Assembly: GCA_043771175.1 (NCBI GenBank)
Contig: JAYVHO010000012.1
Coordinates: forward strand, 1-57,487
Origin: a bacterium
GTDB lineage: Bacteria; Patescibacteriota; Minisyncoccia; Phycocordibacterales; UBA1006
Length of the DNA stretch: 57,487 nucleotides
Reading direction: 5' to 3'
The notes below the pieces were generated by a model. The model did no database searches. It saw only the letters and a list, made by a program, of their open reading frames with translations, and had not been told where the DNA came from. Every line of letters begins with the position of its first letter. The first letter of the stretch is position 1. Both the position numbers and the translations under genes were made by a program. Below, piece by piece: positions 1-8,141 of this stretch.

Positions 1-31
1 AAAAGAGCGGCGCCGTAGGCGCCGCTCTTTT
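1..31. terminator. Intrinsic terminator-like hairpin downstream of cysS
   Basis: aaaagagcggcgcc-gta-ggcgccgctctttt, a perfect 14-bp stem including the A/T tracts. Confidence 0.8.
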
Positions 32-38
32 AATCTTC

Positions 39-1463
39 TTATTCCAAAGTAACTCCAAAAATATGTTTTATAAAATAAACACTTTCATCTTTTCCATCAT
101 TAACACTAATGTTGTGTTTTAATAGTTCATCACGTAAGCGGTCTGATTCTCTATAGTTTTTTAATTCACGAGCCAATTTACGCTGTGTAATAAGATCTTT
201 TACTGCATGTTGAGAAAATGTATCTTGTGATACTTTATGGACGGTACTAAACCCAAGACCAAATAATTCATCAAATGCTAACAGTAGTTCTACTTTTTGT
301 GTTACTTCAATATCATGATGCTTCATCATAAGAGAAAAGGCCAGTGCAGTATTTAAATCATCTTCATACGCTGCAGTAATATCTTGATGTATTGTTCGCA
401 GGGTATTAATAGTTTGTGTATCAAATGATCCATGTAAAAATACATATTTTGAAATAATTTTATATAATCCAGATAATAAATGAGTGGTTGCTTCAAGTGA
501 TTCAAAAGAAAAGTCCATCACGGAACGATAATGGGTTTGAAGGAATAACATCCGCAGAGCCATAGGCGAAACACCTTGGTTTATAATATCTCCCAAGTTA
601 TACATATTTCCAAATGATTTTGACATTTTTTCTGACGCAACATTTAAAAATTCACCATGCATCCAATAGTTACAAAAGTTTCCTCCATATGCTGCGCATG
701 ACTGAGCTATTTCGTTATTGTGATGAATCATCTTTAGATCCATTCCACCGGTATGAAAATCAAATTCATTACCAAGCAAGGCGGTGCTCATAGCTGAACA
801 TTCTATATGCCAACCGGGAAATCCTTTTCCAAGTTCACTTTCAAATCCATGATCTGAATTAAATTTCCACAATGCAAAGTCTTTTCGGTTATGTTTTTGA
901 ATATGAGTTATTCTTTCATGTAATTCTCCATCTTTACCGCCAGATGCGTCTCCTAAGGCTCCATATAATTCATATTTACTGGTGTCAAAATAAATACCAT
1001 CAGACAACGTATAAGTATAGTTTTTTTCTATAAGAATTTTAATAAGTTCTATTTGCTGAGTAATATATTCAGATGCGCGTGGCATATGGTGTGGCGTTAA
1101 AATATTGAGCTTAAGAAGGTCGCCCTTAAATTCATAAATAATTTCTGCACAAGCAGACAGCATATTTTCAAGAGAAACTTCAAGATCTTTTCTTTTCAAA
1201 AGTTTCATCATTTTGTCATCGCCATGATCACTATCACCAGAAAGGTGACCAATATCGGTAATATTCATGACTTGCTTAACGGGAATATTTTTAAATTCAT
1301 AATATCTACGTAGAATATCACCCAATAAAAATGAACGTAGATTTCCAATATGTACTCGATCATAGACCGTTGGTCCACAATGATACATGGTAACAATATT
1401 TTTATTTATTAATGTGACAGGTTCTTTTGATTTTGTGAGTGAATTATAAACGTGAAGAGACAT
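39..1463 (-). CDS. cysS: Cysteine--tRNA ligase
   Basis: CGPTVY, HIGN (HIGH-like), PGWHIECSAM and KMSKS motifs. Start moved to MSLHVYNS (1463) from the longer track ORF. Confidence 0.97.
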   Translation of the reverse strand: MSLHVYNSLTKSKEPVTLINKNIVTMYHCGPTVYDRVHIGNLRSFLLGDILRRYYEFKNIPVKQVMNITDIGHLSGDSDHGDDKMMKLLKRKDLEVSLENMLSACAEIIYEFKGDLLKLNILTPHHMPRASEYITQQIELIKILIEKNYTYTLSDGIYFDTSKYELYGALGDASGGKDGELHERITHIQKHNRKDFALWKFNSDHGFESELGKGFPGWHIECSAMSTALLGNEFDFHTGGMDLKMIHHNNEIAQSCAAYGGNFCNYWMHGEFLNVASEKMSKSFGNMYNLGDIINQGVSPMALRMLFLQTHYRSVMDFSFESLEATTHLLSGLYKIISKYVFLHGSFDTQTINTLRTIHQDITAAYEDDLNTALAFSLMMKHHDIEVTQKVELLLAFDELFGLGFSTVHKVSQDTFSQHAVKDLITQRKLARELKNYRESDRLRDELLKHNISVNDGKDESVYFIKHIFGVTLE

Positions 1464-2382
1464 AAGCGTGCTTTGACTTCTTTTTCGTGAAGTACGTAAA
1501 TAACAGTATACTGGCAAGCCCTGCAAAAGCAAGTAAGAGATAAATCCCTAATGTGGTATCAAAAAAAGTATCATTAAAAAGTCCAGAGGCAATTACCGCA
1601 CACATGGTGGCAATTGGGGTAGACAAACATGCAATAGAGGTAATAACATAAAAAGATTTTGCAGAGCCAAGCTGAACTAGTAAAAATCCTGTTTCGCGTA
1701 GGTCGTCAAGAATCAGTTTGGTGTTTTCTACCTGAGATTCCAAATAGTGATATTGGGTATGGAGGTCTTCAATGTATTCAATAAAACTTTCATCAGAGAA
1801 TACATGCTTTTTAATTAAAATGGTTTCAAATAATTGAGCATGGTTTTTTAAGGTTCTGTTACATGACAAAATAATTCTATTTACTGACGCTAGTGTATAC
1901 ACCATATATTCTTCTTCACCCGAGAAAATTTTATCTTCAACCTTCTTAAGATCTCCGGAAACATTATGAATTTCTTCAGAAATAATTCCATAGAGAAGCT
2001 TGAGAAGTGATGTAAATAATACATAGCCGCTGAGATTGGCTGTTTTCTTTTGAATCAAATATTGAGTTTCTAATTTTTTTTCAAATTCCAAAAGTCCATC
2101 AAGTGGGCTGTTGTGTGCGGTAATCAGCGTTGAGCCAAATACCATAATGTCCAATTTTGTTTCCCATAAGGTGGTATTGTCATAGCGGTCAGTAGGGAAA
2201 TACATAGTCAGATGGATATAATGAGGCAATACACGTGCGCGTGAGTATTCTGTTTGATTAATGAGATCTTTGGTGCTTATGGAATCTAAAGAAAATTCAT
2301 CAGCCACTGAAATAATTTCATCATATGATGGGTTTTCAAGGTCAATCCACGTGGTGGTTCCATAGATAAATTCTTTCCGCAT
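1444..2382 (-). CDS. corA: CorA-family Mg2+/Co2+ transporter-like protein
   Basis: N-terminal 'TTWIDLENPSYDEI', long helical stalk and two C-terminal TM segments. The canonical GMN motif is degenerate. Confidence 0.8.
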   Translation of the reverse strand: MRKEFIYGTTTWIDLENPSYDEIISVADEFSLDSISTKDLINQTEYSRARVLPHYIHLTMYFPTDRYDNTTLWETKLDIMVFGSTLITAHNSPLDGLLEFEKKLETQYLIQKKTANLSGYVLFTSLLKLLYGIISEEIHNVSGDLKKVEDKIFSGEEEYMVYTLASVNRIILSCNRTLKNHAQLFETILIKKHVFSDESFIEYIEDLHTQYHYLESQVENTKLILDDLRETGFLLVQLGSAKSFYVITSIACLSTPIATMCAVIASGLFNDTFFDTTLGIYLLLAFAGLASILLFTYFTKKKSKHAYVSSRL

Positions 2383-2435
2383 GATTACATTGTATCACTT
2401 GCAAAAAACACAAAAGTAGGTATACTGGTACCACT

Positions 2436-2771
2436 ATGGAAAAAACCACCGAAAATCTATTTGCGATCATTATTGCAGGAGGAAAACAACATAAAGTTAC
2501 CCCTGGAATGACACTAAAGGTAGAAAAAATGAATGATGAAATTACTACCGGTCAAAAAATCACCTTTGATCAAGTTACCCTTATTTCACGAGACGGAAAC
2601 GTTACTGTTGGGGCTCCAACTGTTGCGGGTTCAACCGTTACGGCAGAATTTGTAGAAACTACCAAAGACAAGAAAATTCGTGTTGCAAAGTTCCGCGCTA
2701 AGTCTAACTACCATAAAGTATACGGACACCGCCAACCACACAGCTACGTTAAAATCATTGAGATTAAATAA
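2436..2771 (+). CDS. rplU: 50S ribosomal protein L21
   Basis: FAIIIAGGKQHKV and GHRQPHS motifs. Confidence 0.98.
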   Translation: MEKTTENLFAIIIAGGKQHKVTPGMTLKVEKMNDEITTGQKITFDQVTLISRDGNVTVGAPTVAGSTVTAEFVETTKDKKIRVAKFRAKSNYHKVYGHRQPHSYVKIIEIK

Positions 2772-2775
2772 TAAC

Positions 2776-2797
2776 AGCCCCAAACGGGGCTTTTATT
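2776..2797 (+). terminator. Intrinsic terminator after rplU
   Basis: agcccc-aaac-ggggct followed by tttatt. Confidence 0.75.
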
Positions 2798-2852
2798 ATG
2801 CCACAAGAGGTGATATAGTAGAAAAAATATTTATCAACTAAATACTATCAAT

Positions 2853-3401
2853 ATGAAAATAGTTGTCTGTTCACAGTCGCCATCAAAGTTGGAATCAACA
2901 TTAGGGGCTTTTGAAACGTTGTTTCCATCAATGGAAAAAGAATATTTTATCCATGATTCGCAATCTAAAATAATGTATCAGCCAATTGGTATCGAAACCA
3001 CCATGGCGGGTGCAAAAAATAGAATTATCTCTGCAAGAAAAGCGTTCAAGGATAATTCAATTGATTATTTTGTTGCCATTGAATCAGGAATTGATTTATT
3101 TCAAGGAGAAAAAACAATTGTTTGCTTTTCTGCTGTCTCAATTTTTTCGACAAAACATAAATATTCTAAACGCGCTCTGACTGGAACCATTGAATTACCT
3201 TACAAGATTTATTTCAAAAAGATATTTCAGGAAATGAAAGGAGTTGGTGAAATTACCGACAGTTATTTTAAGAAAAAAGATACTAAATTAAGTAAAGGTG
3301 CTTTTTATTTATTAACAGAAGGGAAAATTGCACGAGAAGATGATGACCGCCAAGCAGTTGTGCGTGCACTCATACCATTTGTTTCAAAGTATTACCTATA
3401 A
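2853..3401 (+). CDS. yjjX: Inosine/xanthosine triphosphatase (YjjX/DUF84 family)
   Basis: S..P.K, QPIG.E.T..GA.NR, AIESG, and the C-terminal GAFYLLT.G...R pattern. Confidence 0.85.
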   Translation: MKIVVCSQSPSKLESTLGAFETLFPSMEKEYFIHDSQSKIMYQPIGIETTMAGAKNRIISARKAFKDNSIDYFVAIESGIDLFQGEKTIVCFSAVSIFSTKHKYSKRALTGTIELPYKIYFKKIFQEMKGVGEITDSYFKKKDTKLSKGAFYLLTEGKIAREDDDRQAVVRALIPFVSKYYL

Positions 3402-3438
3402 TTACCAAAATCACCTTACGACAATCGTAAGGTGATTT

Positions 3439-4074
3439 TTATTTCCGTCCTTCAAGTGCGGAACTGATGGTGGATCTATCCAAATATTCAAGTTCACTAC
3501 CGGTAGAAATTCCACGGCCCAGTGTAGAAATTCTAAAAGAATAAAAAGGAATTTCTGTTTCTATAATGTCTTTAATTTTATTCATGGTCATGTCGCCCTC
3601 TAAAGATGGAGAAAGTGCAAAGATAATTTCTTTTAATACTGATTGGTTTTCAAGAATTTTTACACGTTCAATGAGTTCGGGAATTCTTGAATAGAGTTTT
3701 TTCTTTTTCTGGATCAGTGGTTCCAAATTTCCAATCACAAAATATTTTCCAATATACACAGAAGATTCTTCTACTGCTTTTAAATCTGAATCTTTTTCCA
3801 CAATCATGAGAAGGCTGCTGTCACGGTGTTCATCACGTTCAATTGGTGACAGTCCTGTTTTATCATACGTATCAAAATATATCTGAAAACTTTGTTTGCA
3901 GACTTTCATATTGCCACGGACTTCCTTAATTAAATCAGAAAAACGAGTGATTTCATCACCTGACATTTTCATGAGAGAAAAGATAAATCGTTCTGCTTGA
4001 CGTGGTCCCACACCAGGAAGTGCTTTAAAATAATCAATGAGTTCTTCTTTAACTGACATACTAAAATTCATCAA
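3439..4074 (-). CDS. recR: Recombination mediator RecR
   Basis: LPGVGPRQAERF HhH, TOPRIM region (IVEK..D; EIIFAL....EGD.T) and LGRGISTGSELEYLD. Confidence 0.95.
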   Translation of the reverse strand: MMNFSMSVKEELIDYFKALPGVGPRQAERFIFSLMKMSGDEITRFSDLIKEVRGNMKVCKQSFQIYFDTYDKTGLSPIERDEHRDSSLLMIVEKDSDLKAVEESSVYIGKYFVIGNLEPLIQKKKKLYSRIPELIERVKILENQSVLKEIIFALSPSLEGDMTMNKIKDIIETEIPFYSFRISTLGRGISTGSELEYLDRSTISSALEGRK

Positions 4075-5506
4075 AGTCTACACCAACGCCGCTATGTCCG
4101 CCACCGCCTGTATCTTCATATCCTCGGTCACGAATAATATCTTCAAAGGTGGTGTTTTTACCATTAAAGTACAGTTCTACCATTCCCGTAGGACCATTTC
4201 TATGTTTTTCAATAAGAATTTCTGCGATGTTGGTACGTTCTGATTCATCTTTTGACTTATCTTCACGGTGAATAAACATAACCACGTCGGCGTCTTGCTC
4301 GATTGATCCTGAATCACGAAGGTCTGATAGACGTGGTTTTCCTCCACGACTTTCCACTTGACGTGACAACTGTGACAGTGCCACAACCGGAACATCTAAT
4401 TCACGTGCTAATTCTTTTAATGAACGAGAAATTTCTGTCACTTGTTGCACTACGTTGTCGGTTTTTCTTTCCGGGTTAATAAGTTGAAGGTAATCAACGA
4501 TAATGAGATCCAGGCCATGTTCACGTTTTAATCGTCTGGCCGCAGAACGCATATTTAAAATAGTATTACCGGGTTGGTCTTCAATAAATATTGGTGCTTT
4601 TGAAAGTACTGCCATGGCTTCTTGGATTTTCTCATAATCATCAGGTGAAAGATTTCCATTTCTGATTTTCCACCCATCAACCTTTGACTGAGACGATAGC
4701 ATTCTGTTAATAAGTTGTTCTGATGACATTTCTAGTGAAAAAATTCCCACAGAAGCACCGGCATTTACCGCAGCGTTGCGGGCGATATCCATTGCAAGTG
4801 TGGTCTTTCCAACTGACGGACGCGCTGCCAAAATAATGAGATCAGAACGTTGAAGTCCGGATAGTTTTAAATCAAGTGCCGCAAATCCGGTCGATACTCC
4901 ACGCATGGCATCAGGGGATTCCGATAAACGTTCCAGTGCCGCAAATGCTTCCGGAAGAATATCACTGATTCCAATGAATTTATGTTTTACGTGATTTGAT
5001 TCAACCGATTGTGAAAATATTTTTTCTGCATCATTGATGGTTTCACCCAGTGTTTTGTCTTCAATAAATCCCAGTTCGGTGATTTGTGCGCCAGCTTCAA
5101 TAAGATTTCTGTGAGTTGCTTTTTCAGCAACAATTTTTGCGTAATGTTCAATATGGGCAGATGAGTGAGTTGATTCGGTAAGTTTTGAAAGATAATGAGT
5201 TCCACCAACAAATTCAAGCACGCCCAAATCTTTTAGTTTGGCGGTAATGGTCAAAAGGTCGATTGGCTCATGGTTGGTCATGAGGGTTTTCATGGTGGTG
5301 AAAATGAGAGAGTTTTTTTCTGAGTAAAATGAGTCAGATTTGATGAGATCGACAATATCAAACAACGCCTGTGGACGCAAGAGGATTCCACCGAGGACTG
5401 CCTCTTCTGCCTCCAAATTCTGAGGAGGAAGGCGGTTTCTGTACAAATTATCCAGAGAAATCTCGGGTTTTTTGAATGTGCTGTTTTTATTGTCCGTTTT
5501 GGCCAT
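4061..5506 (-). CDS. dnaB: Replicative DNA helicase
   Basis: PPQNLEAEEAVLG, Walker A ARPSVGKT, IIVDYLQL, and LSDLRDSGSIEQDAD. Confidence 0.99.
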   Translation of the reverse strand: MAKTDNKNSTFKKPEISLDNLYRNRLPPQNLEAEEAVLGGILLRPQALFDIVDLIKSDSFYSEKNSLIFTTMKTLMTNHEPIDLLTITAKLKDLGVLEFVGGTHYLSKLTESTHSSAHIEHYAKIVAEKATHRNLIEAGAQITELGFIEDKTLGETINDAEKIFSQSVESNHVKHKFIGISDILPEAFAALERLSESPDAMRGVSTGFAALDLKLSGLQRSDLIILAARPSVGKTTLAMDIARNAAVNAGASVGIFSLEMSSEQLINRMLSSQSKVDGWKIRNGNLSPDDYEKIQEAMAVLSKAPIFIEDQPGNTILNMRSAARRLKREHGLDLIIVDYLQLINPERKTDNVVQQVTEISRSLKELARELDVPVVALSQLSRQVESRGGKPRLSDLRDSGSIEQDADVVMFIHREDKSKDESERTNIAEILIEKHRNGPTGMVELYFNGKNTTFEDIIRDRGYEDTGGGGHSGVGVDFDEF

Positions 5507-5613
5507 GTTGGTAGTAGTATAGCATTTTGATAAGAATAATTAGAATTTACTTGACTTTTTCCTTATTATATGTGATAATAAATTCATATTTTTTAACATA
5601 AAACCAATCAGAA

Positions 5614-6327
5614 ATGAAAAATTTTAGTGATTTCACTGAACAAGATTTAGAAAATCTTGTCGAGTCATGTGGTGGTCCTGAAAATGCATGGGCTCAAGTT
5701 CAAGAATTTTTAGCCAAAAAAGCAAACAACGCTACAAATCTACAAAAAGTAGATGAAAGTATTGAAGTCAAAAAGCAAAAAACAATCACATTCTGGAAAA
5801 CACAATTTAATACTGATATTCCAGAAACAGACATCATCCCACCTCAACCAGAGCATTTGTCCTATCTTAGTTGGTCACCAGAAAAATCTTTACGTAATTG
5901 TGATGAAGTATTACAAAAATACAAAGAACAATTCGGTGAAGATAATATATATTGTTACTATGATTCAATTGATGAGTCAATTCAGACACAACAAGACCGC
6001 ACAGAAGAAAGTTACTGGTACTGGCATAAGGGAGAGGAAGAACCAGATAAAAGACACCGAGGTAAATCGTACGATGTATTTTCAAAAGAAGAAACAAAGT
6101 ACATGATTCCTTTTGAAGGTATAGTGTTTGCCTATGAATATAGACTTAGCACAGGCAAAATGTTAGATATTGATGGTGTTACCTATTTTCACGCTCTGTA
6201 TTCTGGCGGCAACGTCATCCTCATGTGCGAGAACGATAGCGAATTCTACTTCGACTACAATTACCGCAATCGCAGTAATGACAAGTACGGACCCCGTGAG
6301 ATCAGTTTTAAAACTTTTCTCTTGTAA
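5614..6327 (+). CDS. DGR target protein with a C-terminal variable region (probable C-type lectin-like fold)
   Basis: The last ~45 codons contain a VR matching the downstream TR with adenine-specific differences. The fold is inferred from known DGR targets. Confidence 0.9.
   Translation: MKNFSDFTEQDLENLVESCGGPENAWAQVQEFLAKKANNATNLQKVDESIEVKKQKTITFWKTQFNTDIPETDIIPPQPEHLSYLSWSPEKSLRNCDEVLQKYKEQFGEDNIYCYYDSIDESIQTQQDRTEESYWYWHKGEEEPDKRHRGKSYDVFSKEETKYMIPFEGIVFAYEYRLSTGKMLDIDGVTYFHALYSGGNVILMCENDSEFYFDYNYRNRSNDKYGPREISFKTFLL
6193..6301 (+). repeat. DGR variable repeat (VR)
   Basis: 109-nt ungapped match to 6569-6677 with 16 mismatches; the last 28 nt are identical (IMH side). Confidence 0.97.
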
Positions 6328-6332
6328 CTTTT

Positions 6333-6365
6333 AACCCTTGCGCTTGTAAAAGTGTGAGGGTTTTT
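6333..6365 (+). promoter_or_regulatory. Hairpin 3' of VR (DGR target-recognition hairpin and/or terminator)
   Basis: aacccttgcgctt-gtaa-aagtgtgagggtt, a 13-bp stem with 3 G:T pairs and a GTAA loop, followed by a T run. Confidence 0.7.
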
Positions 6366-6568
6366 GTAATATATTAATATGGTTATTAAACTGGTTTGTG
6401 TATACAAATAGCAGTTTGCCACATTTTAAAAACTGCCTATGCTGACGTGCGTATAATAATGTATACGAAATAATGATAATGATCTTATCAAATGGATATA
6501 TAGCAGAGTATCCTCAACCCTTGGTTGCGACTGGGTGTGGTGAATAGATGTGTCAGTATAGAAACGGG

Positions 6569-6677
6569 GCTCTGAATTCTGACGACAACGTCATCAACAT
6601 GTACAAGAACAATGGCAAATTCAACATCAACTACAATAACCGCAATAACAGTAATGACAAGTACGGACCCCGTGAGA
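6569..6677 (+). ncRNA. DGR template repeat (TR)
   Basis: Non-coding copy of VR with 44 adenines and 12 AAY codons in the VR frame; 15 of 16 differences fall at TR adenines. Confidence 0.97.
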
Positions 6678-6683
6678 AGTTTT

Positions 6684-6706
6684 AACCCGCTATAGATGCG
6701 GGTTTT
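6684..6706 (+). terminator. Hairpin 3' of TR
   Basis: aacccgc-tatagat-gcgggtt followed by tt. It overlaps the avd stop codon on the other strand. Confidence 0.6.
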
Positions 6707-7068
6707 CTGCTACGGATTTATACCAACCATGTGCCATAATAGAAATTTTTTGGAGTTCCTGAATAATTTTTAAATAAAATTCTGAAGTAATAATATTAAG
6801 TTCATATTCTGTTCTTATTATATGTTTTGAAACTTCGATATTTCTACGAAGTGAAAGAATATATGGTAGTTTTTCTTTCTTATTAAGTAATCCTGCTTGA
6901 ATACTTTGCTCAAGTGTTTTTAAAATAGAGGTAAGTAGTTGGCTATGAATACCTAATTTGTCTTGCTTTGAAAGTTTACTGCTTGCTCTATAGGTATTTT
7001 TATATACACTTTCTATATGATGAACAATAGGAATTGCAAGGAAGTTTTCTCGGGGGGGTACTATTCAT
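6690..7068 (-). pseudogene. avd: DGR accessory variability determinant (Avd, four-helix bundle), frameshifted at the C7 tract
   Basis: Hand translation gives ...LAIPIVHHIESVYKNTYRASSKLSKQDKLGIHSQLL...LRRNIEVSKHIIRTEYELNII...ELQKISIMAHGWYKSVAENPHL*, matching the Avd E.G.M..GW-type C-terminus. The ATG at 7068 is one base out of frame (379 nt = 126 codons + 1). Confidence 0.85.
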
Positions 7069-8043
7069 AGTAATTTATTTAATAGTATAACATCGCTTGA
7101 AAATATATTAGATGCATGGAATAAATTCAAGATACAAAAACTTAAAAAATTTGGAGTGCAAGAATTTAGATATAATTTAGAAATAAATTTATTACAAATT
7201 CATAAAAAACTTATAAGTAAGAAATACATCCCAGACCCATATAAACCATTTTGTATTCAAGATCCTAAAAAACGCTTAATTCATAAAGCAGAAGTGTCTG
7301 ACAGGGTCGTGCATCAAGCAATCATTAATATTATTGAACCAATTTTTGATAAAAGTTTTATAAACGATTCTTTTTCTTGCAGAAAAGGTAAAGGAACACA
7401 CAAGGCTGTTAAAAGATTTAAATATTTTTTACAAAAAGTAAGTAAAAATAACACTCAGCAAACATGGATATTGAAGTGTGATGTTAAAAGATTTTTTGAT
7501 TCTATAAATCACGATATTTTAAAAGAACTTTTACATAAAAAAATTGAATGTTCTGAAACAATAAACCTTTTGAATATAATTATAGACAGTTTTGAAAAAT
7601 CAGAAAATACTGGATTACCACTTGGAAACTTAACAAGCCAATTTTTTGGAAATATATATTTACACGAATTAGATTTTTTTATTAAACATAGTTTGAAGGT
7701 AAAATATTATCTCAGATATTGTGATGATATGATTTTGGTAAGTAATAGTAAAATTGAACTTCAAAGTTGGCTTAAAACTATAACTGAATTTTTATACAAA
7801 AATTTGAAACTTGAAATCCATCCATCCAAGATATTTTTTAGAAAATATACCCAAGGAATGGATTTTTTAGGATATATAACATTTCCGAATTATACAATTT
7901 TAAGAAAAAGTACTAAACAAAGAATTATTAAAAAATGGTCTGGTTTGAATAATGATCAAAAAAATTCATATTACGGCGTTTTGAAATATTCAAAAAGTTT
8001 TAAAATAAAGAAAATTCTAAATAAAGAAGAAACAAATATATAA
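7017..8043 (+). CDS. DGR reverse transcriptase; 5' end frameshifted at G7 (track ORF 7156..8043 is the in-frame part)
   Basis: GLPLGNLTSQ (DGR-type SQ), YLRYCDD, RKGKGTH, and LKCDVKRFFDSI motifs. The RT frame stays open upstream to 7024 and encodes the conserved ITSLENILDAW segment, but has no ATG/GTG/TTG before 7156. Confidence 0.93.
7052..7058. repeat. G7/C7 homopolymer inside the overlapping 5' ends of RT (+) and avd (-)
   Basis: cgggggggta at 7051-7060. It is the longest G/C run I noticed in the window. Confidence 0.95.
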
Positions 8044-8141
8044 TTTATTGACATATATAATTAAATAATGTATTTTGTTGATATCTTGTTTAACTAATAG
8101 TTAATCGTTCACAATCTTAAGATGAAAAGGAGGTGTAAAAA

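Noticed and set aside
7052-7058. Dismissing G7 as systematic homopolymer sequencing error
   Set aside because: Core genes with many homopolymers are intact, so systematic error is unlikely. A one-off error at this tract remains possible and is listed as the refutation test.
7156-7158. GTG at 7156 as the true RT start, as given in the ORF track
   Set aside because: It would drop the conserved N-terminal ITSLENILDAWNKF segment encoded in frame upstream. It cannot be fully excluded without proteomics.
7156-8043. RT as a group II intron, retron or Abi RT
   Set aside because: It is short (about 340 aa), has the DGR-type LGNLTSQ motif, lacks maturase and endonuclease domains, and sits next to a TR/VR pair and avd.
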